64,000 bases of DNA, from positions 16,120,001 to 16,184,000 of the forward strand of contig OZ241828.1 of NCBI GenBank assembly GCA_965202585.1, written 5' to 3'. Under the pieces are notes generated by a model, which was given only the letters and a program-made list of their open reading frames with translations, was not told the DNA's origin and searched no databases. A program made the position numbers and the translations under genes. The DNA is from Thalia democratica (Eukaryota). Below, one piece after another: positions 53,205 to 64,000 of the stretch; position 1 is the first letter of the stretch; each line of letters starts with the position of its first letter.

Positions 53205-54289
53205 TTTAAAATAAGTAGAACTAAACACATTCATGCAACAAAATAAATAAAAGTTAAAAAATATATTATGACGTAGTACTTCAAAAATGTGTATAAAACT
53301 AAAATTTTAAAAGCTAGATGATTTTTTACATTGTAATGGTATTTTTGTATGTAAAAGTAAATTAAAATGAAATGCGTATAAAAACAAACACTTTACCGAT
53401 ATAAACTTTAAATCAAAACCTATCTTAGTAAAGAAATGTTTGATGTAAGATATTGTTAATAAATAATTACTGCTATCGGCGAAATAAAAATAAAAACTTT
53501 TCCCAAACAATACTTAAAGTTGTTACAAAAACCTATATTAATAAGAAGCTGTATTTTACAAACTTCTTATCTTAAAGAAATAGTTTTATCCATGAATAAA
53601 AATAACTATTTTGAAACAAAACTTAAATCTAAGTAAGATAATAATACAAAAAATATATAAAAAATTAAATTAACTTGTTTCAGTAGCAAATTATTTATTG
53701 TAATATATTGTTTTTTAAGGTAAAAATTTTATCAAATAAACAAACGTTTAAAAACTATTGTGAAATAAAAATTATTCTTATTGAAACTATCCTATTAAAA
53801 ACCGATTACTCTAAAATTATTGATTTTATAAGTTTGCTATTATCTATAAAAAGGCAGTACTGTTTTATTTATGTTTTACTTGCTTGTAATAAATTAACCC
53901 ATTATGTTGGCGTAGTGAAGTTTGAGTGCAGCTCGTAAGATACAGCTTCTTATTAATACAGGTTTTTGTAACAACTTTAAGTATTGTTTGGGAAAAGTTT
54001 TTATTTTTATTTCGCCGATAGCAGTAATTATTTATTAACAATATCTTACATCAAACATTTCTTTACTAAGATAGGTTTTAATTTAAAGTTTATATCGGTA
54101 AAGTGTTTGTTTTTATACGCATTTCAATTTAATTTACTTTTACACACAAAAATATCATTACAATGTAAAAAATCGTCTAGCTTTTAAAATTTTAGTTTTT
54201 TACACAGTTTTGAAGTACTACGTCATAATATATTTTTTAACTTTTATTTATTTTGGTGCATGAATGTGTTTAGTTCTACTTATTTTAAA

Positions 54290-54329
54290 GTTCACTGATG
54301 AAGGACTGTTGTCCGAAATTAATTTAAAC
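54290..54329 (+). ncRNA. Minimal type I hammerhead ribozyme-like motif (right arm)
   Basis: GUUCA-CUGAUGA-A-GGAC-UGUU-GUCC-GAAA-UUAA-U-U-UAAAC. Stem II is perfect; stem I has one mismatch. Confidence 0.55.
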
Positions 54330-55639
54330 AAAATGTTGCAATAAACTAATAGATTTTTAAACCATCGTTTATTTATTTTTTGTAACTACTGATGCAGGGA
54401 AAAAAATCACCAGTAAAAACAATTGACTTGTGTCCTGGACCGATTTGGAAATTATTTATAAATCTTTTAGTATATAAAAAAATATTGTTTTGTATAAACT
54501 AAGTAGTATTATAAAAAACTAGCATATTATCATGAACAAGTTTTTTTTTTTTCCAAAAACTAAATAGAATTTAAAAATCTAGGTAAAATTTACTTTAATT
54601 TTATTTTCCAAATATCAGTTGTAAAACAAACGATTTTAAACATTGAAAAAAAATATTTATTTTAATTTACTACAACCTTTCTATATAAACTTAGTAAATA
54701 TAAACTAAAATCTTAGATATATAAGGCACATGATAATTGACATATGAAACAAACACTTTAATCCTGTACTCTTTTGTACAAGTTTGGTTGAAATTCTTGA
54801 TGCTTTACAAATATAATCCGTGATTAATAATGTAAAATGGACTAATGTTGTATTTTAGAATCACTTAGTATAAATACAAAATGCTAGCAAATAATAATTG
54901 TTGTATAAAAATTCTTTTAGTTTAAATTATAACAGTTTTTTTTCTTAATAGTATACTTAAAGTAATCAGAAATTATATAATAATGCAACACGGAAAAAAT
55001 TGAAATTTTAAACGCAAAAAAACGGAATATTTACACAGAAGGAATTAATTACAAAGAGGATGTTTGCATTGTGGAAAACAACTAATTAAAAAACTGTGTT
55101 GGTATCGTAGTAGTATATTGTTTAAAATTTACTACTCATGCTATCCTACGTAATATACAATCATTGTATAAATTTTATTTTACTTATAAATTAAAACTTA
55201 AAAGCGCTTAGAAGTGAGAACGCTTAGACGCTTAGAAGACGCTAAAGAAGCGCTTAGACGCTGAAACGGTTGTTCAAGGCAAAAGTTTATCACTTGTTAC
55301 TAAGTCTGTACATATTTGTTTATTTACTTTTAAAAGAAATGCAACGAATTATAGCTTATACTAACACAACACTATAGTTTCGTGAATCTTTTTTAGAGCT
55401 TCAAATTGCGGGGCATTTTTTGCTATCTCCTTTCTGAATTAAAAAACATTGTCATAAAAACAAAGTTTCATAAACATAAGTATAAAGTTGCAGCCTCTGG
55501 TCGGCTCTAAGCCAAGATAGCAAAACTCAAACAAGTAAATTAAGAAAAAAAGTTCGGTCAAAACTTTCATATAACAAATAAACTAAAATTTAATGTTTAA
55601 TTTGTAAGTTTTGAAACTTATAAATGTCTGTTTTTATTT

Positions 55640-55952
55640 TTTGGTAGAATTTGAATTTTCATATTTTGAATTTTCGAAATTTAAATCCTCAGATTTTGAA
55701 TTTTGATTTATTGTATTTTAACTTTTGAATTTTAATTGTCAGAATTTGAGTTGTCGAAACTTGAACTGGCGTATTTAAGTTATCGAAATTCGAGTTGCCA
55801 AAATTATAATTTTTATTGTCGGAATTTAAGTTTCCTAGTTTAAATATTTGAATTTAAGTTTTTCAAAATTAATTTGTCAGAATTTAAATTGTCCGAATTT
55901 GAGTTGATGTCGGAATATAAATTGTCGGAGTTTTAGTTTTCAGAATTTAGTT
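55640..55952 (+). repeat. Degenerate ~15-bp tandem array (GAATTTGAGTTGTCG-like), related to the subterminal repeats of the 39308 MITE
   Basis: Repeated GAATTT(G/A)AGTTGTC(G/A/C)G units ending in GTAACGCATCC, which resembles the right TIR GTCGTGCACCC. Confidence 0.6.
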
Positions 55953-56444
55953 AGTAACGCATCCTTTATAGATCATTCCAGTTGAGTTGCCCACTTAGTT
56001 ATAAATAACTGAATTTGTTTTAATTTCAACAAGAGTATAAACATATATTGTTAATCTAAACAAAAATACAAATCAGGTAGATATAAAGTTTATTTCTTTA
56101 GAGCATAAGTTCTAAACACAAAACTAGTTACAACAGCAGAAAACAGGTTATGTAGGTATGTTTATTATTGAAGAAATTTCTATATGGTATCCATCTTGAA
56201 ATCATTTACAAAACGATAAAAAAGTATGTAATTAAAAAAAACATATGCGTATAGAAAATAACTAAACATATTTTAAAAGTTTGTTCACCATAGAATTATT
56301 TATTTTAGCACAAAAAAAAATTCATACTAGAAGCTAATCAACTTTTAATAAAGTGTTCGAATAATCTCTAACTAAGTAATGTAGTAGACAAAATGAAAAA
56401 TTAGTTTCAGTAAATACTGTATACATCATGCAAGTTCATTTGAT

Positions 56445-58662
56445 TTAATTTCTTTTCTTTTTCTTTTCCTCTTGTCGTTTGTTATTGAACCAACACTGTA
56501 AAAAGAAATGTTAGTTAGTAATTTATGTAAAAATATCAATCTAATTCTTTGAATGGAGAAGAAAAAATACAACTTCATAATTATATTAAAAGACTAAAGA
56601 GGGTTATTATTATTTTTTAAATTAATTAAAGTATAAATACATAAAATACACTTGAATCTTCGAAGTGTCCTAAAAAAAAACTTCTCTCTATCTAAAAACA
56701 ACATAACAATTAAAAAATTTTAAATCAGGTTCTTTTATATAAAAACAAACTATTTACTCTGCATTTATTTTCAGGCAGGCCAATTTTTTCGACAAGTTCA
56801 AAAAACTCTTTTTTGTTTGGTCTTCTATTTTCCCTGTTAGTTTTTTCGTACAGTTCTTCGAAACATTTCAACTGATGTGAAGTATAGCTGGTGCGGAGTC
56901 TAAGTTTTGAAACGTTTTTCATTATAAGTAATAGCACTTTTATTTCAATATATGTTTAAACATACAAACTTAATCTTCATTGTGTGTTGAAAACTAGTTT
57001 TGATTGTCAAAAAAACATTTTTTACGTGTTTTTATAACTTTGAAATTTTTAAATAAAACTCTTACCTTTTCTTATATTTTTTCGTTTTCTGGTCTATGAC
57101 ACAGGACTCCCTTGCTAAAATATATTATTAGGTAATTTTTTGTATATGTAATTTATCAAACTTACTTAAATACAAAATTAATGATTTTTTAAAATCTAGG
57201 TAGAAAATATGTTTTAGAAACACTATTGTTTTTTTGGTCATATTTTTCAACTTATTTGTTTTAAATACTAGGGATAACAAACAAACTAACTATTATTTTC
57301 AATGAGTTTAATTTCTTTTGAATAAGTTGCAAGAAAGTGTTTAAATATTTCCTCATGATTACCTCCCTTAATCTTCTCAACTGCAATACCTTGACTTTTA
57401 TCTTTATGTATTCTATTTTGAAACCAGGACTGAAAAATATTGAAAATATTAGAACTTATTTAAATTAATGTATTAACTTTTAGTAAAAAATAGTAAACTT
57501 TTATTATTTCTTTTATTACATGAACTTGATAAAAAAACAAACTTACTGTTAGTTCTCTTTTACTAAGACCAGTTAATTTTCCAAGTTTGTCCTTTTGATC
57601 TGGCAGTGGGTGTTTAATTCTTTCATAAAAATATTCTAACATTGATGATTGAGAGAATGTTAAATGTATCCTTTGTCTGTATGTAAAATCATACTTAAAC
57701 TTTCCGAATTTTCACACATTAAAATATTTAAGTTAATTTAAAAATTCAAATAAATTAAACTTATAAACTAGTTAAACTTTCTATTAGTTTAAAGTTTTGA
57801 ATTTACTAACTTTCGTTTTTTTAGTTTAGATTCCTGCTCTTTACATTGTTCGTTGGAATTATCAAATTCAAGTTTTAAATTATTATTTAAAATCGATGCA
57901 TCGGATGAAGGTTCTGAAACTTTTTGCTGCAAACACCACTTTCCAAGGTTGGCATCTATAGATGATAAATAATAATTGACTGCTAAGAAAAAAAAAATAT
58001 TTTTCAAATAAAAAATTGAATTAAAGTTTACCTTTCATAGAGGGGTATGCACGTGGCAGTTGAGCAAAATTATCTGCTTGAGCAGGATTAACCGTTGTTA
58101 CATTGAAATTATTTGCACAAGAAGGTTTAAGCTGGATACCACCTTGCAAACAAGTACTCAACTGCTGGTAGTTGTCAAAACATCTGTGTGGCTGGTAACA
58201 GCTGTTCGTATTTGATTGACAATTTTGTTGTTGATTATAGTCAGAAGAAGAAGTTAATGTATGATAGTTTGAGTAATTAGGTATGCCACCTCGTTGCGCT
58301 TGAAATGTACAATTCTGAACATTTTGATACAAAGGCTGACCACTTGCACAACTTGGATAACTTCCATATTGATGTTGCACTGTGTAGCTAGGAGCTTGAT
58401 TTGTCGAAGAAAACACAGCGGGCTGACAACTTTGTTGCTCGTTTATATTCATTCTATTTTGCTCATCTTGCTTTAAACTGTTTGTTGCAGTTAGCGCGAA
58501 AGAACCAATGCTTTCTATTTCGCGTCTAATAAAGTCGTTATCACACATTTTTGAAAGTATTTTTTCTTGGTCTTCTAATGAAAGCATATTTTCATCATTA
58601 TGTAGAAATGGTAGAACGTCATTACTACTGTTTTGAGACAAATCGTTGTATTTTTCCGACAT
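56445..58662 (-). CDS. Double-homeodomain transcription factor, 437 aa. Exons 58662-58032, 57982-57811, 57676-57547, 57429-57291, 57114-57066, 56899-56758, 56495-56445.
   Basis: All six introns are GT-AG with matching phases and the spliced frame is open. HD1: KRKQRIHLTFSQSSMLEYFYERIKHPLPDQKDKLGKLTGLSKRELT/SWFQNRIHK. HD2: KKRLRTSYTSHQLKCFEELYEKTNRENRRPNKKEFFELVEKIGLPENKCR/CWFNNKRQEEKKKKRN*. The last intron has a TACTAAC branch point. The N-terminal region is Q/N/S-rich. Confidence 0.85.
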
Positions 58663-61160
58663 TGTTGTATTTATTTTTTTTATAGCTTAGCAATTAATCT
58701 GAAAGAGTAACTTTTCTTAAAATGTTGTATTTAATAACACAAAAAGTAAAACAATGACACAAAAAAAAAACTCAATTGTTTATTTTGTCCCGTAGAAATA
58801 TGGATTCTAATTAGTTTTTTAAATTTTGAATTAATAATGCAATTTTATAATGACCCGCAATATCTAACTAAAATCTTATTTTGAATTTCAATCAAAAATT
58901 TTAGAATATAAAGTAAAAGCTGTAAAATATATTTAGCGGTGGTGCAGCTTTATATTTCGCGTGCTGGACTCAACTAAAATTATAAAAAGCTACTCGGTTG
59001 GTCATTTCCTATTCTGCGGGCCTCCCACTCTATTTTACCGAGTTACTTAATTCCACAGATTAAATCAAAAACCAATATTACTTTTACCAAAACAAGTTTT
59101 ATGTCAAATAATTAAAGAAAATATTTACTAAAAAATATTTATCTTTAATTTATCAAACTTACTTAAATACAAAATTAATGATTTTTTAAAATCTAGGTAG
59201 AAAATATGTTTTAGAAACACTATTGTTTTTTTGGTCATATTTTTCAACTTATTTGTTTTAAATACTAGGGATAACAAACAAACTAACTATTATTTTCAAT
59301 GAGTTTAATTTCTTTTGAATAAGTTGCAAGAAGGTGTTTAAATATTTCCTCATGATTACCTCCCTTAATTTTCTCAACTGCAATACTTTGACTTTTATCT
59401 TTATGTATTCCATTTTGAAACCAGGACTGAAAAAAATTGAAAATATAAGAACTTATTTAAATTAATTTATTAATTTTTAGTAAAAAACAGTATACTTTTA
59501 TTATTCTTTTTATTACATAAACTTGATAAAAAATAAACTTACTACTAGTTCTCTTTTACTAAGACCAGTTAATTTTCCAAGTTTTTCCTTTTGATCTGGC
59601 AGTGGGTGTTTAATTCTTTCATAAAAATATTCTAACATTGATGATTGAGAGAATGTTAAATGTATCCTTTGTCTGTATGTAAAATCATACTTAAACTTTC
59701 CAAATTTTCACACATTACATTATTTAAGTTAATTTTAAAAAATTCAAATAAATTAAATTTGTAAACTAGTTAAATTTTCTATTAGTTTAAAGTTTTAAAA
59801 ATGTTTTTTTATTGTTTTGTTTGATATTTAAAAAAGATAATAGTTAAACTAACTTTTGTTTTTTTAGTTTAGATTGCTGCTCTTTACATTTTTCTATGGA
59901 ATTATCAGATTCAAATTTTAAATTATTATTTAAAATCGATGCATCTGATGAAGGTTCTGAAACTTTTTGCTGCAAACACCACTTTCCAAGGTTGGCATCT
60001 ATGGATGGATAAATAATAATTGCCTGCTAAGAAAAAAAAAAAAATTTCAGTTAAAAAATTGAATTAAAGTTTACCTTTCATAGAGGGGTATGCACGTGGC
60101 AGTTGAGCAAAATTATCTGCTTGAGCAGGATTAACCGTTGTTACATTGAAATTATTTGCACAAGAAGGTTTAAGCTGGATACCACCTTGCAAACAAGTAC
60201 TCAACTGCTGGTAGTTTTCTAAACATCTGTTTGGCTGGTAACAGCTGTTGGTATTTGTTTGACAATTTTGCTGTTGATTATAGTCAGAAGAAGAAGTTAA
60301 TGTATGATAGTTTGAGTAATTAAGTATGCCACCTCGTTGCGCTTAAAATGTACAATTCTGAACATTTTGATACAAAGGCTGACCACTTGCACAACTTGGA
60401 TAACTTTCATATTGATGTTGCACTGTGTAGCTAGGAGCTTGATTTGTCGAAGAAAACACAGCGGGCTGACAACTTTCTTGCTCGCTTATATTTATTCTTT
60501 TTTGCTCATCTCGCATTAAACTGTTTGTTGCAGTTAGCGCGAAAGAACCAATGCTTTCTATTTCGCGTCTAATAAAGTCGTCATTACACATTTTTGAAAG
60601 TATTTTTTCTTGGTCTTCCAATGAAAGCATATTTTCATCATTATTTAGAAATGGTAGAACGTCATCACTACTGTTTTGGGACAAATCGTTGTATTTTTCC
60701 GACATTGTTGTATTTAGTTTTTTATAGCTTAGAAATTAATCTGAAAGAGTAACTTTTCTTTAAATGTTGTATTTAATAACACAAAAAGTAAAACAATGAC
60801 ACAAAAAAAAAAATACTCAATTGTTTATTTTGTCCCGTAGAAATATGGATTTTTATTAGTTTTTAAAATTTTGAATTAATAATGCAATTTTAAAATGATC
60901 CGTAATATCTACCTACAAACTTATTTTGAATTTCAATCAAAGATTTTAGAATATAAAGTAAAAGCTATAAAATTGATTTATCTTTCGCGTGCTGGATTCA
61001 ACTACAATTTTTAAAAAGCTACTCGGTTGGTCATTTACAATTCTGCGGGCCTCTCACTATATTTTACCGAGTTACTTAATTCCACAGATTAAATCAAAAA
61101 CCAATATTACTTTTACCAAAACAAATTTTACATAAAATAATTCAAAAAACATTTACTAAA
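57145..61160. repeat. ~2.0-kb tandem duplication of the homeobox gene's 5' half plus proximal upstream DNA (57145-59140 / 59145-61160)
   Basis: Both units begin TTTATCAAACTTACTTAAATACAAAATT and end AAAA(T/C)ATTTACTAAAAAA. Confidence 0.9.
59288..60705 (-). pseudogene. Partial disabled copy of the double-homeobox gene (exons 1-4 only, HD1 only)
   Basis: Exon 1 (60705-60075) has CAA>TAA at 60343-60345. Exon 2 has a +1 frameshift near 60005. HD1 helix 3 reads WFQNGI. Exons 5-7 are absent. Confidence 0.85.
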
Positions 61161-64000
61161 AAACTGATAAGTACCATTGAATACAGAGTCAATAGTTATT
61201 ATAGCTGATTGATAAATACAAAAATTTATAACAATATTTAATTATAGTACTAATCATTATTTTTATAAACGTTTTTCCAGCTTAGACTGTTTTTAGATAT
61301 AATTTCAAGAAATAATTAGATTAGCAAATCACTATTCTTAGATATAAGCTACAAACTAAAAAAACTGAAAAACCTAGATTTGGTTCTTAGAAGAAAAAAA
61401 ATTAAGTGTTTTTAAGTTGAGTGTTCTGAAAAGAACGAAAATAAAATACGAATTATTTTTGTTTATTATTATTTAAACTTGATATATTCAAATTTTTAAG
61501 ATATGTTTATGCTTATTATAAGTAATCTAGGAGTAGCTACCTAAGTGCATTTCTCCTTTCAGATTATACAAATGTTAAGCTAACAAATTCTGAGGAGGCA
61601 CTCCTAACATAATCTTTTTATCAATTATCTTCCTATAAAAAACTTTATTGCCTTTTTTATGATTTTTTTTAGAATATTTTTGTTTCATTTAAATTTTTTT
61701 AATCAAAATGTCTTGTCTAAATTTAAATAAAATTAAAATTAAGCAAATATTAAAAAAATAAATGTGGTAAAAAGATATTCTAATTTTAATATAAATTTGT
61801 TAATAAAAATTCTGAATTTTATATTTTTTTTTTTCATTTATTTTATATTTTATAAAAATTTTTTTGTTTGAAAAATAAAAATTGTTCTGAATTCTAGGTT
61901 CGTGCATTTTTTTGATGGTTTTGGAACAAAATTAACTAACTCTTAATGTTTTATTGTAAACCAACAAAAATTTTTACCTTGCAACTTCAAATCTAATTCT
62001 AATTTCATTTTGTTTTAAAAACTACCGTCTTAAACATGAAATAATTTATTAAGTAAAATATTTCCAACTTTTTTTTTGATTTTGTATAAGTTTAATAAAA
62101 AACCATTAATATCTCTATGTATGTTATGTGATACAATATACTATACAAGTATGAATAACGTAATGAAAAATATAAAAATTATCGCAAGTTTACTTTAAAT
62201 TCAGTCAGACCTAATAAAGTTGATACAGCGAATGATAACAAATTGTATTTCTCATCTTATGTTTTTAACTTTAGTTTTTGATATGTTTCGGTTAGGTTGG
62301 TTAGGAAAAAGGCTATTAATAAACTATTAATTCAAAAGTTTTAAAAAGGTTGCTAAATCATTATTTTTTTCAACGTTTTTCAGCTTAGGCTAACTTTTAA
62401 ATTCAATACAAGAAATCATTAGATTAGCAAACCATTATTTTTATATTTAACCTTGAAATTAAAAATTTATCGCAAGTATAACTGGAACAATCTGGAATTG
62501 GATATGTTTTATAAAAAAAATTTAAATTATTATAATATAACCTAGAAATTTTATCTAACATGCATTAAAATTAGTGAAATTAAAAAAATGTAATTTTGGT
62601 AAAAACAATAGTAGCCTAATGATAATAATTAAGCTACTACAAACTGTATATTCTTTAAATGGTTTTTATAAAACCAAATGTTCAGTAGAAAAACTATTAT
62701 AAAACGGCTTATAAGTTATGAAACTTTAGTTACGGCTTATTACAAACTAATAAGAGCTAATTCTTCGCAAGAGTTTAACAACTTGTCATAATTAAAAGAT
62801 TTTGTTTTGCAAAGATATTGAGATCTTAGCAGGAAAGAAAAATCAAACAATTTTTTTTAATAATTAGTAAACATAAACTTAAAACAAAATAAATCTAAAG
62901 TAACTGAAATCAGATAACAAAAATTGATGACCTTTTTTATAAAATATATATATGTTCAACGTAAAAGTCAGAAGTAAAAGTATTCTAAATATTAAGAACT
63001 TTTGAAACAGTTTTTAAACTACTTATTGCCAACTGTCGTTTTTTAAAAAGAAAGAAAATGGTGTGATAGATTTAATAATTCAACTGATAATGAATTCTAT
63101 GTCAAATGAACTTTATTATAACATATCATACTTATGTGTGAAATAAAAGTTAATAATATACTTGCACGCTTTTCAAAGCTATTTAAAGACTTATGATTAG
63201 TATGTAATAAAATGTATAATTTTATTAAAAATATAATCAAATTAAGTTAAAAGATTAAGTTGTAATACTTTATAATTTCTTTGTTAATCGCGTTAGTTAA
63301 TTAGATTATCAAATTTTAAAACTGTAAATTTAGTACTCTTTTTTAAATTAAAATGAATTTTAAATTCAATCTAATATCTTGTAATTAATTTATTATATCT
63401 AATAACTAGTTGTTTAATTTCTTTGAAAAACCTAATAATTAATGAAATATTTGATTTTAGTAAAATTCTTATTTCATTTCAATATTTTTAAAACTATAAA
63501 TTATATCTTTATTTGCAACTATATCATGATTTTTTTAAGATAAAAAAGATTACATTTAATTAAATTATCAAATTTTAAGACTGTAAATTTAGTACTCTTT
63601 TCTAAATTGAAATGAACTTTAAATTTAATCTAATATTTTGTAATTAATTTATTGTATCTAATAACTAGTTGTTTAATTTTTTTGAAAACCTAATAATTAA
63701 TGAAATGTTTGATTTTAGTAAAACTCTTATTTCATTTCTATGTTGTTAAAACTATAAACTATATCTTTATTTGCAACTATATCATGATGTTTTTAAGATA
63801 AAAAAGATTACATTTAATATATCAAAGTATACTTTTAATTCTGTTTTAAGTAACTTGATTCCGTAAAATTTAAAGTGTTGTTGTTGTTCTTTCTAATAAG
63901 CATGTTGTGTTAAAAAAATATATTTTCGTATGTTTAATTAGATTTAAAAATATTAATCAACTAAGTGTTAAATAGTTAAATTATCATTTTATTAACAAAC
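60801..64000 (+). repeat. Upstream block duplicated at 1-4240; includes a local ~260-bp tandem duplication at about 63300-63820
   Basis: Colinear with the window start. TTATCAAATTTTAA.ACTGTAAATTTAGTACTC occurs at about 63305 and 63565. Confidence 0.85.

Larger units (their letters stand above)
53109..54383. mobile_element. ~446-bp inverted repeat arms (53109-53554, 53938-54383) around a ~380-bp spacer; probable 5'-truncated Penelope-like copy with an inverted pseudo-LTR
   Basis: The arms are near-perfect reverse complements (mirror ORFs 53307-53510 minus and 53984-54187 plus). Each arm carries a hammerhead-like motif. The spacer ORF ends IYVLLACNKLTHYVG, weakly GIY-YIG-like. Confidence 0.6.

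Noticed and set aside
55195-55265. Short CGCTTAGA-type repeats, considered as a CRISPR-like or telomere-like array
   Set aside because: Irregular 8-10-bp units with no spacers in a eukaryotic context; most likely a minisatellite or transposon subterminal repeat.
56600-56697. Alternative last homeobox exon (…KFFFRTLRRFK) after the TTTTTAG at about 56692
   Set aside because: It lacks the WFxN motif. The exon at 56495 gives canonical CWFNNKR with a better acceptor and branch point.
59940-59975. CTGATGAAGGTTCTGAAAC hammerhead-like string
   Set aside because: No NUH cleavage triplet. It is the antisense of homeobox exon 2, and the paralog has CGGATGA, so it is coincidental.

Overview
Very AT-rich animal genomic DNA with spliceosomal GT-AG introns, one as short as 49 nt. 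This looks nematode-like, but the taxon cannot be fixed from sequence. The ORF track misses the real genes because they are split into exons. Manual splicing gives three gene sets. (1) An apparently intact 7-exon, 437-aa double-homeodomain gene on the minus strand (56445-58662), a disabled partial tandem copy (59288-60705), and probably another paralog just left of position 1, because 1-4240 repeats 60801-64000 (about 60.8 kb period). (2) Three 3-exon NAA80/NAT6-like GNAT acetyltransferase paralogs: about 20.3 kb probably intact, about 33.1 kb with a premature stop, and about 42.0 kb disabled. (3) Two decayed BED-finger hAT transposases inside an ~11-kb segmental duplication. Also present are a decayed Penelope-like retroelement, an inverted pseudo-LTR-like structure carrying minimal hammerhead ribozyme motifs, a tRNA-derived SINE-like element and several MITEs. 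The intergenic DNA is a mosaic of locally amplified modules. One ~1.1-kb module with a conserved hairpin sits upstream of both the homeobox and the NAA80-like genes, in the same orientation relative to transcription. All coordinates were read by hand, and repeat boundaries are approximate.
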